A model generated the notes under the pieces. That model saw only the letters and a program-made list of their open reading frames with translations, did not search any database and had not been told where the DNA came from. The translations under genes and the position numbers were made by a program. A DNA stretch of 64,000 nt from Octopus sinensis (taxonomy: Eukaryota), in NCBI RefSeq assembly GCF_006345805.1, contig NC_043007.1, forward strand, positions 56,172,001 through 56,236,000, written 5' to 3'. Shown one piece after another: positions 13,250 to 24,922 of the stretch; the stretch's first letter is position 1, and the number at the start of each line of letters is the position of its first letter.

Positions 13250-13692
13250 GAAAGCTGTGAACTGGCAGAACCGTCTGTACGCTGGGCAAAATCCTGAGCA
13301 GAATTTCGTTCCTCAGTACGTTCTGAGTTCAAATTCTGCTGAGGTAGACTTTACCTTTCATCCTTTCAGGGTCGATAAAATATGTACCAGTTGAACACTG
13401 GAGTCGATGTAATCGACTGATCCCCTTCCCCTGAAATTTCTGGCCTTGTGCCAAAATTTGAAACCAATATTTGTTGCATAAGAAGGCAGCGAACTTGGCA
13501 GAATCGTTAGCACGTTGGGCTAAATGCATTCGTCCGTCTTCACGTTCTGAGTTCAAATTCCGCAGGAGTCGACTTTGCTTTTCATTCTTTCGTGGTCGAT
13601 AAAGTAAGTACCATTTGAGGGCTGGGATCGACATAATCGACTTATTCTATCCCTCAAGATTACTGGCCTTGTACCAAAATTTGAAATCAGTA
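13250..13692 (+). mobile_element. Two tandem SINE family B copies (13250-13470, 13483-13692)
   Basis: Two successive head/central/tail units, each ending ggccttgt(g/a)ccaaaatttgaaa. Confidence 0.85.
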
Positions 13693-14516
13693 TTTGCTAT
13701 ATAAGATAAGGCCAGTCTTGATCAGTTAATTATAAATTGCTAGGGGCACAGAAAGATAATTAAATTTAAGATTTAATGTAATGGTGCAACGGATGAAGTC
13801 TACCTATAGCATTGATTCATCAAAACCTAATGATGTTTTGTGCTTAAGGAGTCATAAATTTACCTTGGGGTAATTGATTATATATGAGATCAATGTTATC
13901 TGGAACTTTAACTTCAAACTGATAGCTTAAATTTTAAAATAAATTTCTTTTGAAATTTAACAAGTTAATTGATACTAAAATTCTTTAAGTGAAAAAGTGC
14001 ATTTATCCTATTATCAACTGTTAGTAATTAGTGTGTTGACACCACTTAATATAACTTTTAATTCCAGTACTATTATGAAAGACAGTGGTAGCTGTAACAC
14101 GTCTGTTATATTTGGGAGCGTCTTTGGGTTTTTGAAATGATGTTATAAAGAATAAGTTTCAAATACATTTTATAGGTTAATGATTCAGATTAGATATTAA
14201 AATTATCAATGAATTATAACAAAATGATTTTAAAACATAGCACTTTTCCCTCAATGTGAATGACCCAGATAAATTAAACAATCACATGCACATACACACA
14301 CACACACATCTATGCAATTATTTTTATGTACGTGTGTATACCTGTGTATATGTATGTATATGTACCTATATGTGTGTGTATATATATATATATATATATA
14401 CACTTATAAATTGAGGATATAATCATTAACCTGGTTATGTCAGTGGCTAGCGCATGAAAAATGACCATAAAGGTACAATTAATTTTTAAGTATATAAATA
14501 TATAAAAATAATTATA

Positions 14517-15315
14517 GGCGCAGGAGTGGCTGTGTGATAAGTAGCTTGCTTACCAACCACATGGTTCCGGATTCAGTCCCACTGCGTGGCACTTTGGGCA
14601 GATGTCTCCTACTATATCCACGGGCCGACCAATACCTTGTGAGTGGATTTGGTAGACGGAAACACACACACACACGCACACATATATATGTGTGCGTGTG
14701 TGTGTGTGTGTGCTTGTGTATATATTTGTGTCTGTGTTTGTCCCCCATCCAACATCGCTTGATAGCCGATGCTGGTGTGTTTACGTCCCCGTAGCTTAGT
14801 TGTTCGGCAAAAGATACCAAAAGATATAGGCGTAGGAGTGGCTGTGTGGTAAGTAGCTTGCTAACCAACCACACGGTTGCGGGTTCAGTCCCACTGCGTG
14901 GCATCTTGGGCAAGTGTCTTCTGCTATAGCCCCGGGCCGACCAATGCCTTGTGAGTGGATTTGGTAGACAGAAACTGAAAGAAGCCTGTCGTATATATGT
15001 ATATATATATGTATATGTGTGTGTGTGTTTGTGTGTCTGTATTTGTCCCCCTAGCATTGCTTGACAACCGATGCTGGTGTGTTTACGTCCCCGTCACTTA
15101 GCGGTTCGGCAAAAAGAGACCGATAGAATAAGTACTAAAAGGTGGTGCTCCAGCATGGCCGCAGTCAAATGACTGAAACAAGTAAAAGAGTAAAGAGTAA
15201 AAGAGTAATAGAATAAGTACTAGGCTTACAAAGAATAAGTCCTTGGGTCGATTTGCTCGACTAAACATGGTGCTCCAACATGGCCGCAGTCAAATGAGTG
15301 AAATAAGTAAAAGAG
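14517..15315 (+). mobile_element. Two tandem SINE family A copies (tRNA head, CORE-like block, internal microsatellite, LINE-derived tail), tail duplicated
   Basis: ggcgcaggagtggctgtgtg..gttcagtcccactgcgtggca (A/B boxes), ttgggcaagtgtcttctgctatagcc (CORE-like), tail ggtgctccagcatggccgcagtcaaatgactgaaacaagtaaaagag. Confidence 0.9.
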
Positions 15316-15654
15316 TATAATTATTATGAAGGGCACATAATTATAATTAAAGGACAAAAATGTCAAAACTTTATCGGTATGCATTCGTATTTTTAATTTA
15401 TGTATTGTCGTTTTATATCTACTTAGGAGTGCAAAGTAATCTTCATTACAGAGCACGAAATCTTAATATATAGGTGTATCGGAGATTTGTAAATCTTCTT
15501 GCTCATTTCCTCGCACTCTCGGCCTTGGGTTATAAATAGAGAAGAAATTTAGAGTGGATTGTAGGTATTTGACAACTGCTTCCAGCGTATAGGCGCTGAT
15601 ATTCCAGTGCCCTTAATTATAATTATATTTTGAGAATTATACATATATATACAT

Positions 15655-15703
<49 letters not shown>

Positions 15704-15731
15704 ATATATATATAATATATATATATATATA

Positions 15732-15774
<43 letters not shown>

Positions 15775-15775
15775 A

Positions 15776-15807
<32 letters not shown>

Positions 15808-15842
15808 TATACATAAATATATATATATACATACATACATAC

Positions 15843-16312
15843 AGGTATGGCTGTGTGGTAAGAAACTTGCTTCCTAACCATATGGTTTCGGTTTCAGTCC
15901 CACCACGACATCTTGGGTAACTGTCTTCTACTGTAGCCTTGGGCCGACCAAAGCCTTGTGAGTAGATTTTGTAAACGGAATCTGAAAGAAGCCTGTTGCG
16001 TATGTATATTTATGTATATGTATATATGTATATGTAAATTTTAATGATATAATAAAGATAAAATCATTCATGATTTTCTCAGGAGGCCAACACGAAAATA
16101 AAAACCTTATAGGTAAGTTTTCTAAATATTATATTATAATAAGGGATTGGCAAAACGCCTCACCACGCGCTGAAAATAGACGCCAAAGGCGCTAGGACGT
16201 CCTTAAAATGACTCCTCGACTACATCCTGTGTTTTGGGGGAGTTTTAAGGAGGTTTTAGCGCCTTTGGCGTCTAGTTTCGGCGCCTGGTGAGGCGATTTG
16301 CCAATCCCTTTT

Positions 16313-16344
<32 letters not shown>

Positions 16345-16630
16345 TGTATGTATGTATGTTATGTATGTATGTATGTATGTATGTATGTATGTATGTATGT
16401 ATGTATGCATGTATGTATGTATGTATGCATGCATGTGTTTGTGTGTCTGTATTTGCCCCCTACCATCGCTTGACAACCGTTGTTGGTGTGTTTATATCAC
16501 CGTAACCTAGCGGTTCGGTAAAAGAGACCGATAGAATAAGTGCTAGGCTTATAAAGAATAAGCCCTGCGGTGTTCCAGCATGGCTGCAGTCAAATGACTG
16601 AAACAAGTAAAAAATGAAAGAATAAAAGAA
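15843..16630 (+). mobile_element. SINE family A interrupted within its internal microsatellite by a fold-back insertion
   Basis: Head/CORE 15843-16000, 3' half 16435-16630, and an unrelated palindrome at 16141-16310 in between. Confidence 0.8.
16141..16310. repeat. Imperfect fold-back (about 75-bp arms)
   Basis: aagggattggcaaaacgcctcacca..tagacgccaaaggcgcta..ccttaaaa pairs with ttttaagg..tagcgcctttggcgtcta..tggtgaggcgatttgccaatccctt. Confidence 0.9.
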
Positions 16631-17853
16631 ATACATATATATGTATGTATGTGTGTGTGTGTGAGTGTGTGTGTGTGTGTGTATGTATTTTACCCTTTTT
16701 GTGGTCTAACAACCCTCCATGTTTGTTTTCGTTCGGTTTCCTTGTATTTCTCCACTGTCCTGTTTTTTTCCCCAATTTTGACCCTCCATAAATCTCAAAT
16801 TTTACTGTGGTACTAATGGGTCAAATGTCTTTGAAGACTCATGCTGTTGCTCAATGTTCGAAATGAGGAGTAGGTAAGACAGTCAGCAACCGATGAAAGG
16901 TCGTTCTTTGTGTTACTTGTCCTGTTTTCTATTTGTTTCTCTCGTTGTTTGCGTATTTCCTGTTATTTACTCTTGGTGACGAACTGTACCCATATATGCA
17001 TATGTACATATATATATTATCAGTGGCGTGCAGTCGAGACATATTAGTCATGCACTGCAAGTCCATTGATTTTTATATAACTCATAAATCAATGTAAGAA
17101 CGTAATGTATTTAGAACCACATTGAAAAGTTGTCCAAAGCACTGGAAACTGAGCTAAAATACTTACTTTATTTGAAAGGAAACCCGCCCAGATTGATACT
17201 TCGCTGTGTTTCCATTTTGCTTCCACTAGGTTTGCTTAAAGAAAACACATGAATGTTTTTGTCCTCTCCGACTTCCTATCTTTCTATAACTATCATTTCA
17301 ATACCTGTTTTTAATTTTAATTAAATTCCATTTCCCTTTGATATGATTAAATACTGTAAGTTTATGGATAATTTTCGGTTATAAGTTGGCGGATTTTTAT
17401 TGTAGCCAGCGAAGGACTGCGTATGCGCAGTAAAATTTGAAAAGTTAGTTCGTATAAACACGAGACAGGTAGTCTTGTTTGTCTCGTGTGGATATGTTTA
17501 ACCCTAGGTTGGACCTGCTGAAAAAAATCAAACCTTTTGAGTTCTCCTTAACTCGCTAAAAGATGATTAGAAACCAATTGGTCCAGGAAACTAGATGGTA
17601 AATGTTTTTCATTTCCAAATTTATTCCTGTCGAATTTTATCCGTAATTTTTGTAGTTACAGAACCTAGCTGTTCTTTCTATCGTGTAGAATCCCTATAAG
17701 TGGATTCCTTATGTGTTTAAATATACACTATATCATATATATAGTCTTTTTGACTAAATATTTTTACACGTTAGACCACTGGAAATGTAAATTTTGATTG
17801 AATGTTTTTAATTTTAATTAAATTCCATTTCCCTTTGATATGATATATACATA

Positions 17854-17955
<102 letters not shown>

Positions 17956-19402
17956 TTATATGTGCAGATACATTTATATTTATCACACACACACACATAT
18001 ATATATATATACACAAAAGAAAAAGATATTAAAAATCCAGTGAATACTGTATAAGCACTCTGTAGTAAGCAAATTTGGCTAATTAAAAACCATTGCAATC
18101 TCCATAGGCCGTAAAATTACTTTCTGCTGCCCATCCAATTTGTAAATCCGAAGTTCAAACACAGAATAAATTTAGCATAGTAAAAAAAAAAACTATAGAG
18201 TATCATACATTCTTTACTCGCCTACGTGCGTTTTGGATAGGTTGGCAACTCCCAAAATTCTGCCATGCAATAACGATGCATATTAACCGATCCTATATTT
18301 CTCGGCGATATTTCTACAGAGATAGAAAATTTAACGCCTACTTAACTTTACCAAAACTATACCACACTGCTTGGAGTAGAGAACAATTTAAGTGGGTTGG
18401 ACAGTAGTAAAGCATATAATATTCGACCCGTATAAGTGATAAGGAAGTATCTCATCAGACCTACTTAGGAATTGTATTTATCAGCAGATCATGCTAGAAA
18501 TGTAATGTAGTGCATAGTTTCTTCATCACTGCCCATCAACTTGAAGAATGATTATTGCAAAATTCCTACCCCAGTTAAACTAATATTGACCAGTTTAAAT
18601 ACAGATAGGAGGTGTGTAGAACCAAGTAATTCAGTATATAATTAATTAGGGCACGTTAAAATGTCCTTTGATCAGTATTAATTCGAAATATAATCTATGA
18701 GTAAAAGGTAAATTGAGTTAATGAGAATTTTAAAGGAAAATAACCCATACATTCACTGAAAAAATAATGTGTTTCAGAAAAATTGTTTTACTTAAGAGAA
18801 TAAATATTTAAAAATTAAAATAATTGTTATATGATCAAGATGTAATAATATGAAAAATACATTAAGATTAAATTGAAAATAAATTAATAAATATAGAAAA
18901 ATAAACAAATAGTCTAATTACAGAAGAGGATGAGAAAGTAAAACGTTCAAAAGATTGAAACTAAAACAATCACGACGAAGACACAAGCCCATATATATCA
19001 ATGTCTAAAACTGATAATTCCTGTAGAAGACTACAAAGTAGAACAATTGAAATATTGTGAGCAAAGCAACAAAGACGAAGACATTAGTCTGATTATATCA
19101 TTATATAAGAAATATCTGAAGAAGGCCAACGACCGAAATGTTGTGACAAACAAAAACAAAGCGGAAAACATTAATCTGACTCGTATATCAAAGCATAATA
19201 ATGATATTTTCTTGTCTTTACTTTTCTGTAAAAGGTCTTTTCAGTGGATATTCATGCATATACGAACATGCATGCGTATACACATTCGCAAAACATACAT
19301 ACATACACACACACTCACACTCTCTCTCACACACACACACATCCATAAACGCGCGCACATCTGGGTGCGCAAATATATTCGTTCCATTGCATATCTTATC
19401 TT

Positions 19403-19693
19403 TTACTTGTATCAGCAACCATACTGAGACACCATTTTGAAGGGTTCAGTCGATCGAATCGACCCCAGTACTTGCTTTGTTTTAAGCCTGGTAATTATTC
19501 TATCATTTTCCCCAACCGAACCGTTATATAGACGAAGGGCTTCTTTCAGTTTCAGTCTACCAAATTCATTCACATGGCTTCGGCCGGCCTGGGTCTAAAG
19601 TAGAAGACACTTGTCCAAGGTTCCACGCAGAGGGACTGACCCCGGTATCATGTGTTTGGGAAGTAAACTTCTTACCACACAGCCACACCTGCG
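19403..19693 (-). mobile_element. SINE family A
   Basis: Reverse complement of head (cttaccacacagccacacctgcgc), CORE-like block and tail. Confidence 0.8.
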
Positions 19694-19720
19694 CTTAAAG
19701 AGGAAGAGATTGCTTTAGAT

Positions 19721-19987
19721 CAGTGGTTCTCAACCATTTCTTACCGCTAGATCCCTTCGATTTTTATTTTACGCGGGTGGACCCTTAGAGCCTTTCGATG
19801 CTTAAAAAATCTTATTATAATTTTATAATTAAGGAATCGTATTAAGAAATTGTTAAAATATTTTATGTATTGGTTCTGGGTTCAGTCCCACTGCGTGGCA
19901 CCCTGGGCAAGTGTCTTCTACTATAGCCTCGGGACGACCAAAGTCTTGTGAGTGGATTTGGTAGACGGAAACTGAAAGAATCCCGTC

Positions 19988-20057
<70 letters not shown>

Positions 20058-20300
20058 AACATCGCTTGACAACCAATGCTGGTGTGTTTACGTCCCCGTA
20101 ACTTAGCGGTTCGGCAAAAGAGACCGATAGAATAAGAACTAGGCTTACAAAGAATAAGTCCTGGGGTCGATGTAATCGACTAAAGGTGGTGCTAGAACAT
20201 GGCACAGTCAAACGCCTGAAACAAGTAAAAGAGTAAAAGAGTATTGTCGAAGTTTACCCAATTTATTGCAGATAAATTTTAACAACAAAATCTTGTTTTA
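19721..20300 (+). mobile_element. hAT-type MITE remnant with a SINE family A copy nested at about 19870-20241
   Basis: Starts cagtggttctcaacc, a typical hAT/Charlie terminus. The nested SINE has B box, CORE, (TA)n(TG)n and a (GTAAAAGA)2 tail. Confidence 0.55.
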
Positions 20301-20587
20301 GAGTAATCCCAATCTCTCTTCCCAATCTCGCTCTCCCTCTCTCTCAAGTATATAACCCCTTCTTGCAGTTTACATCTTTTTATTTTCAATTAATTAAAAA
20401 AAGCATACGCATGTACCAACAAACATATACAGACCCTTCACACGCTCTTAGTATATATCATACATACGTACTTGCGAGTTTCCCCACTTTCTGTGTAACT
20501 TCTCAGTATTGAAAGAGAAAACCATTAGGCAATCAACTGACGTGCTAGAAATACCAACCATATCTCCTTCGTATCATAATAACTTTA

Positions 20588-21078
20588 CATGGTGGCTTCC
20601 CCGTCGTTATCGAGTATGGCCATTGCACGAAGCTTAAAGTGAAGAAAGGCTGTGCAACAGCAGTCATAATCCGAAAAGAAGAACAAGTCAACATCATCGG
20701 TAACCACTGAGCCGCAGGTTTTATATCGGAGTTATCCCAGTTACCTGAGTTACCTTCTCCTAGAAGGATGCCCTAACAAAGGCTAGGAGTCCTTCATTCC
20801 CAATTGTTTAACCGCGCGATCAGGTATTCAGTCCGATTATTTCTATGTCCCCGCGCATGATACATCCTTAAGACATTTATTGGATGGCCGTTGACTCTCA
20901 AGAGTTCCTCCGCCCTTTGACGGGTTTTGTTTTTCATCCCGCATGGTGTACAATAAACACCCTCCTCACCAAGCAAGCTTGGTGGGGTTACCGGTTTAGT
21001 CGCCGACGACCCGACCATGCAACAGGTTGTACTGGGTTACATATTACCAATAGCACTGAAAAGTGACCTGACATAACA
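20588..21078 (-). mobile_element. Non-autonomous RTE-derived element (5' UTR-like segment joined to a probable 3' end)
   Basis: Minus strand carries ggtgaggagggtg..aaacccgtcaaagggcggaggaactcttgagagtcaacggccatcc and gggcatccttctaggagaaggtaactc, motifs I recognise from RTE 5' UTRs. No ORF. Confidence 0.55.
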
Positions 21079-21311
21079 TTCATACATACATACCTACATA
21101 CATACATACATACATACATACATACATACATACATACGTACGTACGTACATGCATACATACATGTACACCACACTCGTAGACCCTGTTGTTGATGTTGAC
21201 ATTCCAAAGAAAGAGCCTTGGATTTAGGTTAGAGACCGGCTCTTTCTCTTTTGACAAGAAATCTTGAAATAAAACGGAACAATGACATGCACATATTTAC
21301 GTGTATATATA

Positions 21312-21408
<97 letters not shown>

Positions 21409-21468
21409 AGAGAGAGAGAGAGACTTATATACATATGTATATATATATATATATATATACATGTATAT

Positions 21469-21532
<64 letters not shown>

Positions 21533-21533
21533 T

Positions 21534-21566
<33 letters not shown>

Positions 21567-21599
21567 ATATATATATATACATTCAATTATTTATTAGAT

Positions 21600-22724
21600 G
21601 TTATAATGTGAATATTTAATATTTAGTAGACGAGCACTTTGTATTTTTAAATGCAAAGACCCTATTAGGCATGTTACTGATCAGATGACGAATATTCTCT
21701 AGCGGAATTTCTTGCCAAGTTTCAAGCAGTAATCTCAAAAGATCTGGCTTTAAAGATGCTTTCTTGTTCTTTTTATGAAGTGTCCTGTCCGTTATATCCC
21801 AGAGGCATTCAATAGGGTTCACATCTGGTCACTGTCTTGGCCATAGAAGCTTTTTAATGCCATTCTCATCCAACAAATCTTAGGTCATTTTAGCCGGGTA
21901 GCAAGGAGCCCCATCTTCCATAAATGATGAGTCTAGTTTAATTAATTCACCACTGGTGAAGATTGGAGGGGTACAATCTGCGATATAGACACATGTTTAT
22001 CTGAGTTTGCTTCCCTTACACTCCACCAGCACTGATCAACCATTGCTCCAAATTGCCCCCCAGACCATCACAGAATGGCTGCCGTGTTTCATTGTTGGCT
22101 GCAATCTTTTCACATGAAATTCTTGATCACAAGTCTCCAGACCTACACTTGATCACTATCAGGAAATACAGCAAATCTGGACCCATCAGAGAATATGTCA
22201 GTGTTCCAAAATGCTAGTGACCTCCCCACCATTTTACTGGCCCAATCTTTTCTCCGTTTGATGTTGGCTGGTCGAAGAAGTGGCTTTCCTTCTTGCTGCC
22301 TTGCCATAGTATGGAGATACCTAACAGCTGTTCTGGGACTGACATCAACTTGTTCTGCTACGTCAGAGGCCGTGCAATGAGGATTATCCTCCACAATTCT
22401 CTTAACAAAATGAAGGGTCCTGTCAAAAGGCCCTAGTTGATCTGGCTGAGGTAATGTGAACTCTTTCCCCTCTCTGGTGTAGAAAGCGGGATCCTAAGGT
22501 TTTCTGCGATTTTACGCTGATTATGTCCACCTTCGGAATGACCCACAATACGGCCTCTTTGAAATTCAGACAGTACCAAGGCTTCTTTTATACATGGCAT
22601 GATTAAACAGTCACATATAGAACCTGATACAAAAATGTCAATTAATAAAAAATAGAAACCTTTACAAATTAGAATAAAAAAAAAGAAATTGTATGGGGGT
22701 GTCTATTTTCTTCTGTCATGTCTG
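21600..22724 (-). mobile_element. Tc1 (DD34E) transposon, degenerate transposase 22600-21616, one TIR visible
   Basis: [53 protein letters not shown]. Terminal cagacatgacagaagaaaatagacaccc at 22724. Confidence 0.85.
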
Positions 22725-22839
22725 TGGATATATCTTTCTTCAATAAATATCATAAACTCTACAATTTCTACGTATAGCAGTCATAAATTAGGCTAGTACA
22801 TTAGCTCGAATATGTGTGTGTGTGTATGTGTGTGTGTGT

Positions 22840-22880
<41 letters not shown>

Positions 22881-23039
22881 CGCTCGCATGTGATGTGTAT
22901 AGTTATGGTATATTTAGTTAAGAACGGAGCAGAGTACAGCATAAAGCTCGTCCACCTTCAGATTTCGTCCCGTGCTATCCAGTAGTAGTTTTATACGTAC
23001 TTCTAGGTTTGCGTTTGGGCTTCTATCCTGTGTGAATAG

Positions 23040-23221
23040 ATAATTGAAAAAATTCGAGTCAACAAGGCGTACGGTTCTCCGGGCATGTAGGTACTTGATT
23101 ATACAACCGTTTCCCTGCATAACCAAGTATTTGCATGCCTGGAGAACTACGTTGCGTAGAAACAATTGTAGTGATTGAAAATATATGTCCAACCGTACTC
23201 TTTGTTGACTCCCTATTTTTC

Positions 23222-23227
<6 letters not shown>
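23040..23227. repeat. Fold-back element with hammerhead-like core in the right arm
   Basis: Outer arms ataattgaaaa..gagtcaacaa..gtacggtt / aaccgtac..ttgttgactc..ttttcaattat; inner arms 23074-23106 / 23116-23148; core at 23139-23170. Confidence 0.75.
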
Positions 23228-23255
<28 letters not shown>

Positions 23256-23518
23256 TGAGAGAGAGAGAAAGAGAGAGAGAGAGGGATAAAGAAAGACTGA
23301 AGAGAGACTGAAGCAGGAGGGAAAACAGAGCTGGAGAGGATGCTTATTGGGACATCATATCTTAGATTGTATTTATGTTTTATATTATAGATTACGAGAG
23401 GTAATGGTGTCAATAAGACCCAAAGGTGTCGGGTAATGCTGAGTAAGCGCTATGGACAGACTATAGTTAAGTTCCAGGTTCGATGATTATGCAAATGAGT
23501 CCAACGTAGGTCATAAAT

Positions 23519-24196
23519 CAGCATGTATATATATATAAAAATTTTCAGAAAGCGATAAAAATCCAAGGCTATGAAAGATTTTAGAACCTTATCATCTTTT
23601 TAAACTCTCATATCTTACTCTCTCTATCCCCCTCACCTACCCATTCCTACTATCAATTTATCTTGACTGACCACTAACTAGTACACTTTCCCTCTTTTCA
23701 TCTCTTTATTATCTCTCTCCTCGCTTTTACCTTTCTTTTTTTTACTTCTCCTTTCTTTTTCTTTTCTTTATTCCTCTCTTCCTGTTTTCGATTTGACCTT
23801 ACATTCCCAACTTTTAAATCACTTCAAATAAAACCCGCGGTTCAATAACACTGTGTATAAACTCTATACTTGGAATGACCAATTTTAAATACTATTGGAA
23901 CTTACTCATAAGGTATTGGAATCTTATATGTATAGTATTCTGCCTAAATAATGGATCTACAGATGCAATATCCCTGCATATCTCACGTCTATTTTCATTC
24001 CTCCACTTCACTCTCTATTTCATATCTTATCTAAAATAATTATTGCTCAACAATTTTCTCACACCGTCTCCAATGAAGAGATATATAAAATATCCCAGAA
24101 ACAGTTGTAAGACCTTCCCTTTATAAATGTTCTAAAATCTTTCACAGCCTTGGATTTTTATCTCATTCTGAAATTTTTATATATATACACATGCTG
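23519..24196 (+). mobile_element. Penelope-type pseudo-LTR remnant with inverted terminal copy and degenerate minimal hammerhead ribozyme
   Basis: 23519-23587 is an inverted copy of 24129-24196. At 24066-24113: gtct-ccaatga-a-gagatat..atatccc-a-gaaa-cagttg-ta-agac. Confidence 0.7.
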
Positions 24197-24502
24197 TTTT
24201 ATATTATACTAATACTCCTGTTCAACCTCCGTCTATTTTCCATGTTAAATTTTTCCTAGACTCTTACGGTCATTTGTTTGTAATTTCTCACAATTTCTCC
24301 AAGTAAATATACTGTGAGATGGCGACTAACAATATATAAGGTTTTTGTGTTGTTAATTTTGTTGATTCTCTATGAAAGACAGACACAGTAAACTGAAGTT
24401 TATAGAGAGAAATGAAGGACATAACTTCTTTAACGAAGGTTTGACAATATCGCAATATCGCCTACTTGGTAATATTTATTAAATTCAGTATTACGAGTAA
24501 TT

Positions 24503-24922
24503 AAGGCGGCAAGCTGGCCGGGGAAAATGCTTATCGGCATTTCTTCCGACTCTCCGTTCTGAGTTCAAATGCCGCCGGGGCCCACTTTGCCTTTCAGCCT
24601 TTCGCGTCAATAAAATAAGTACCAGTCGAGTACTGAAGTCGATGTAATCGACCTACTCCCTCCCCAGAAATTATTGGCTTTGAGTGAAAATCTGAAATTC
24701 CTATTGCGAGTAATCCGAAGGCAGAATTGTTAGCACGTTGGGCAAAATACTAAGCAGTATTTCATCCGCCTTTACGTTCTGCGTTCAAATTGTACTGCAG
24801 TCGACTTTGTCTTTCATCCTACTGAGATCGACAAAATAAGTACCCGTCGAACACTGCATTCAATATAACCGACTTATCTCCTACCACGAAATTTCAGGCT
24901 TGTGCCAAAATTTGAAATCAAT
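24503..24922 (+). mobile_element. Two tandem SINE family B copies
   Basis: Units at 24503-24700 and 24718-24922 with the family B central domain and tail. Confidence 0.8.

Noticed and set aside
14517-14590. tRNA genes
   Set aside because: All tRNA-like sequences are SINE heads or truncated pieces; no complete cloverleaf seen.
17021-17790. Possible hAT element starting cagtggcgtgca
   Set aside because: No matching right terminus and no convincing translation.
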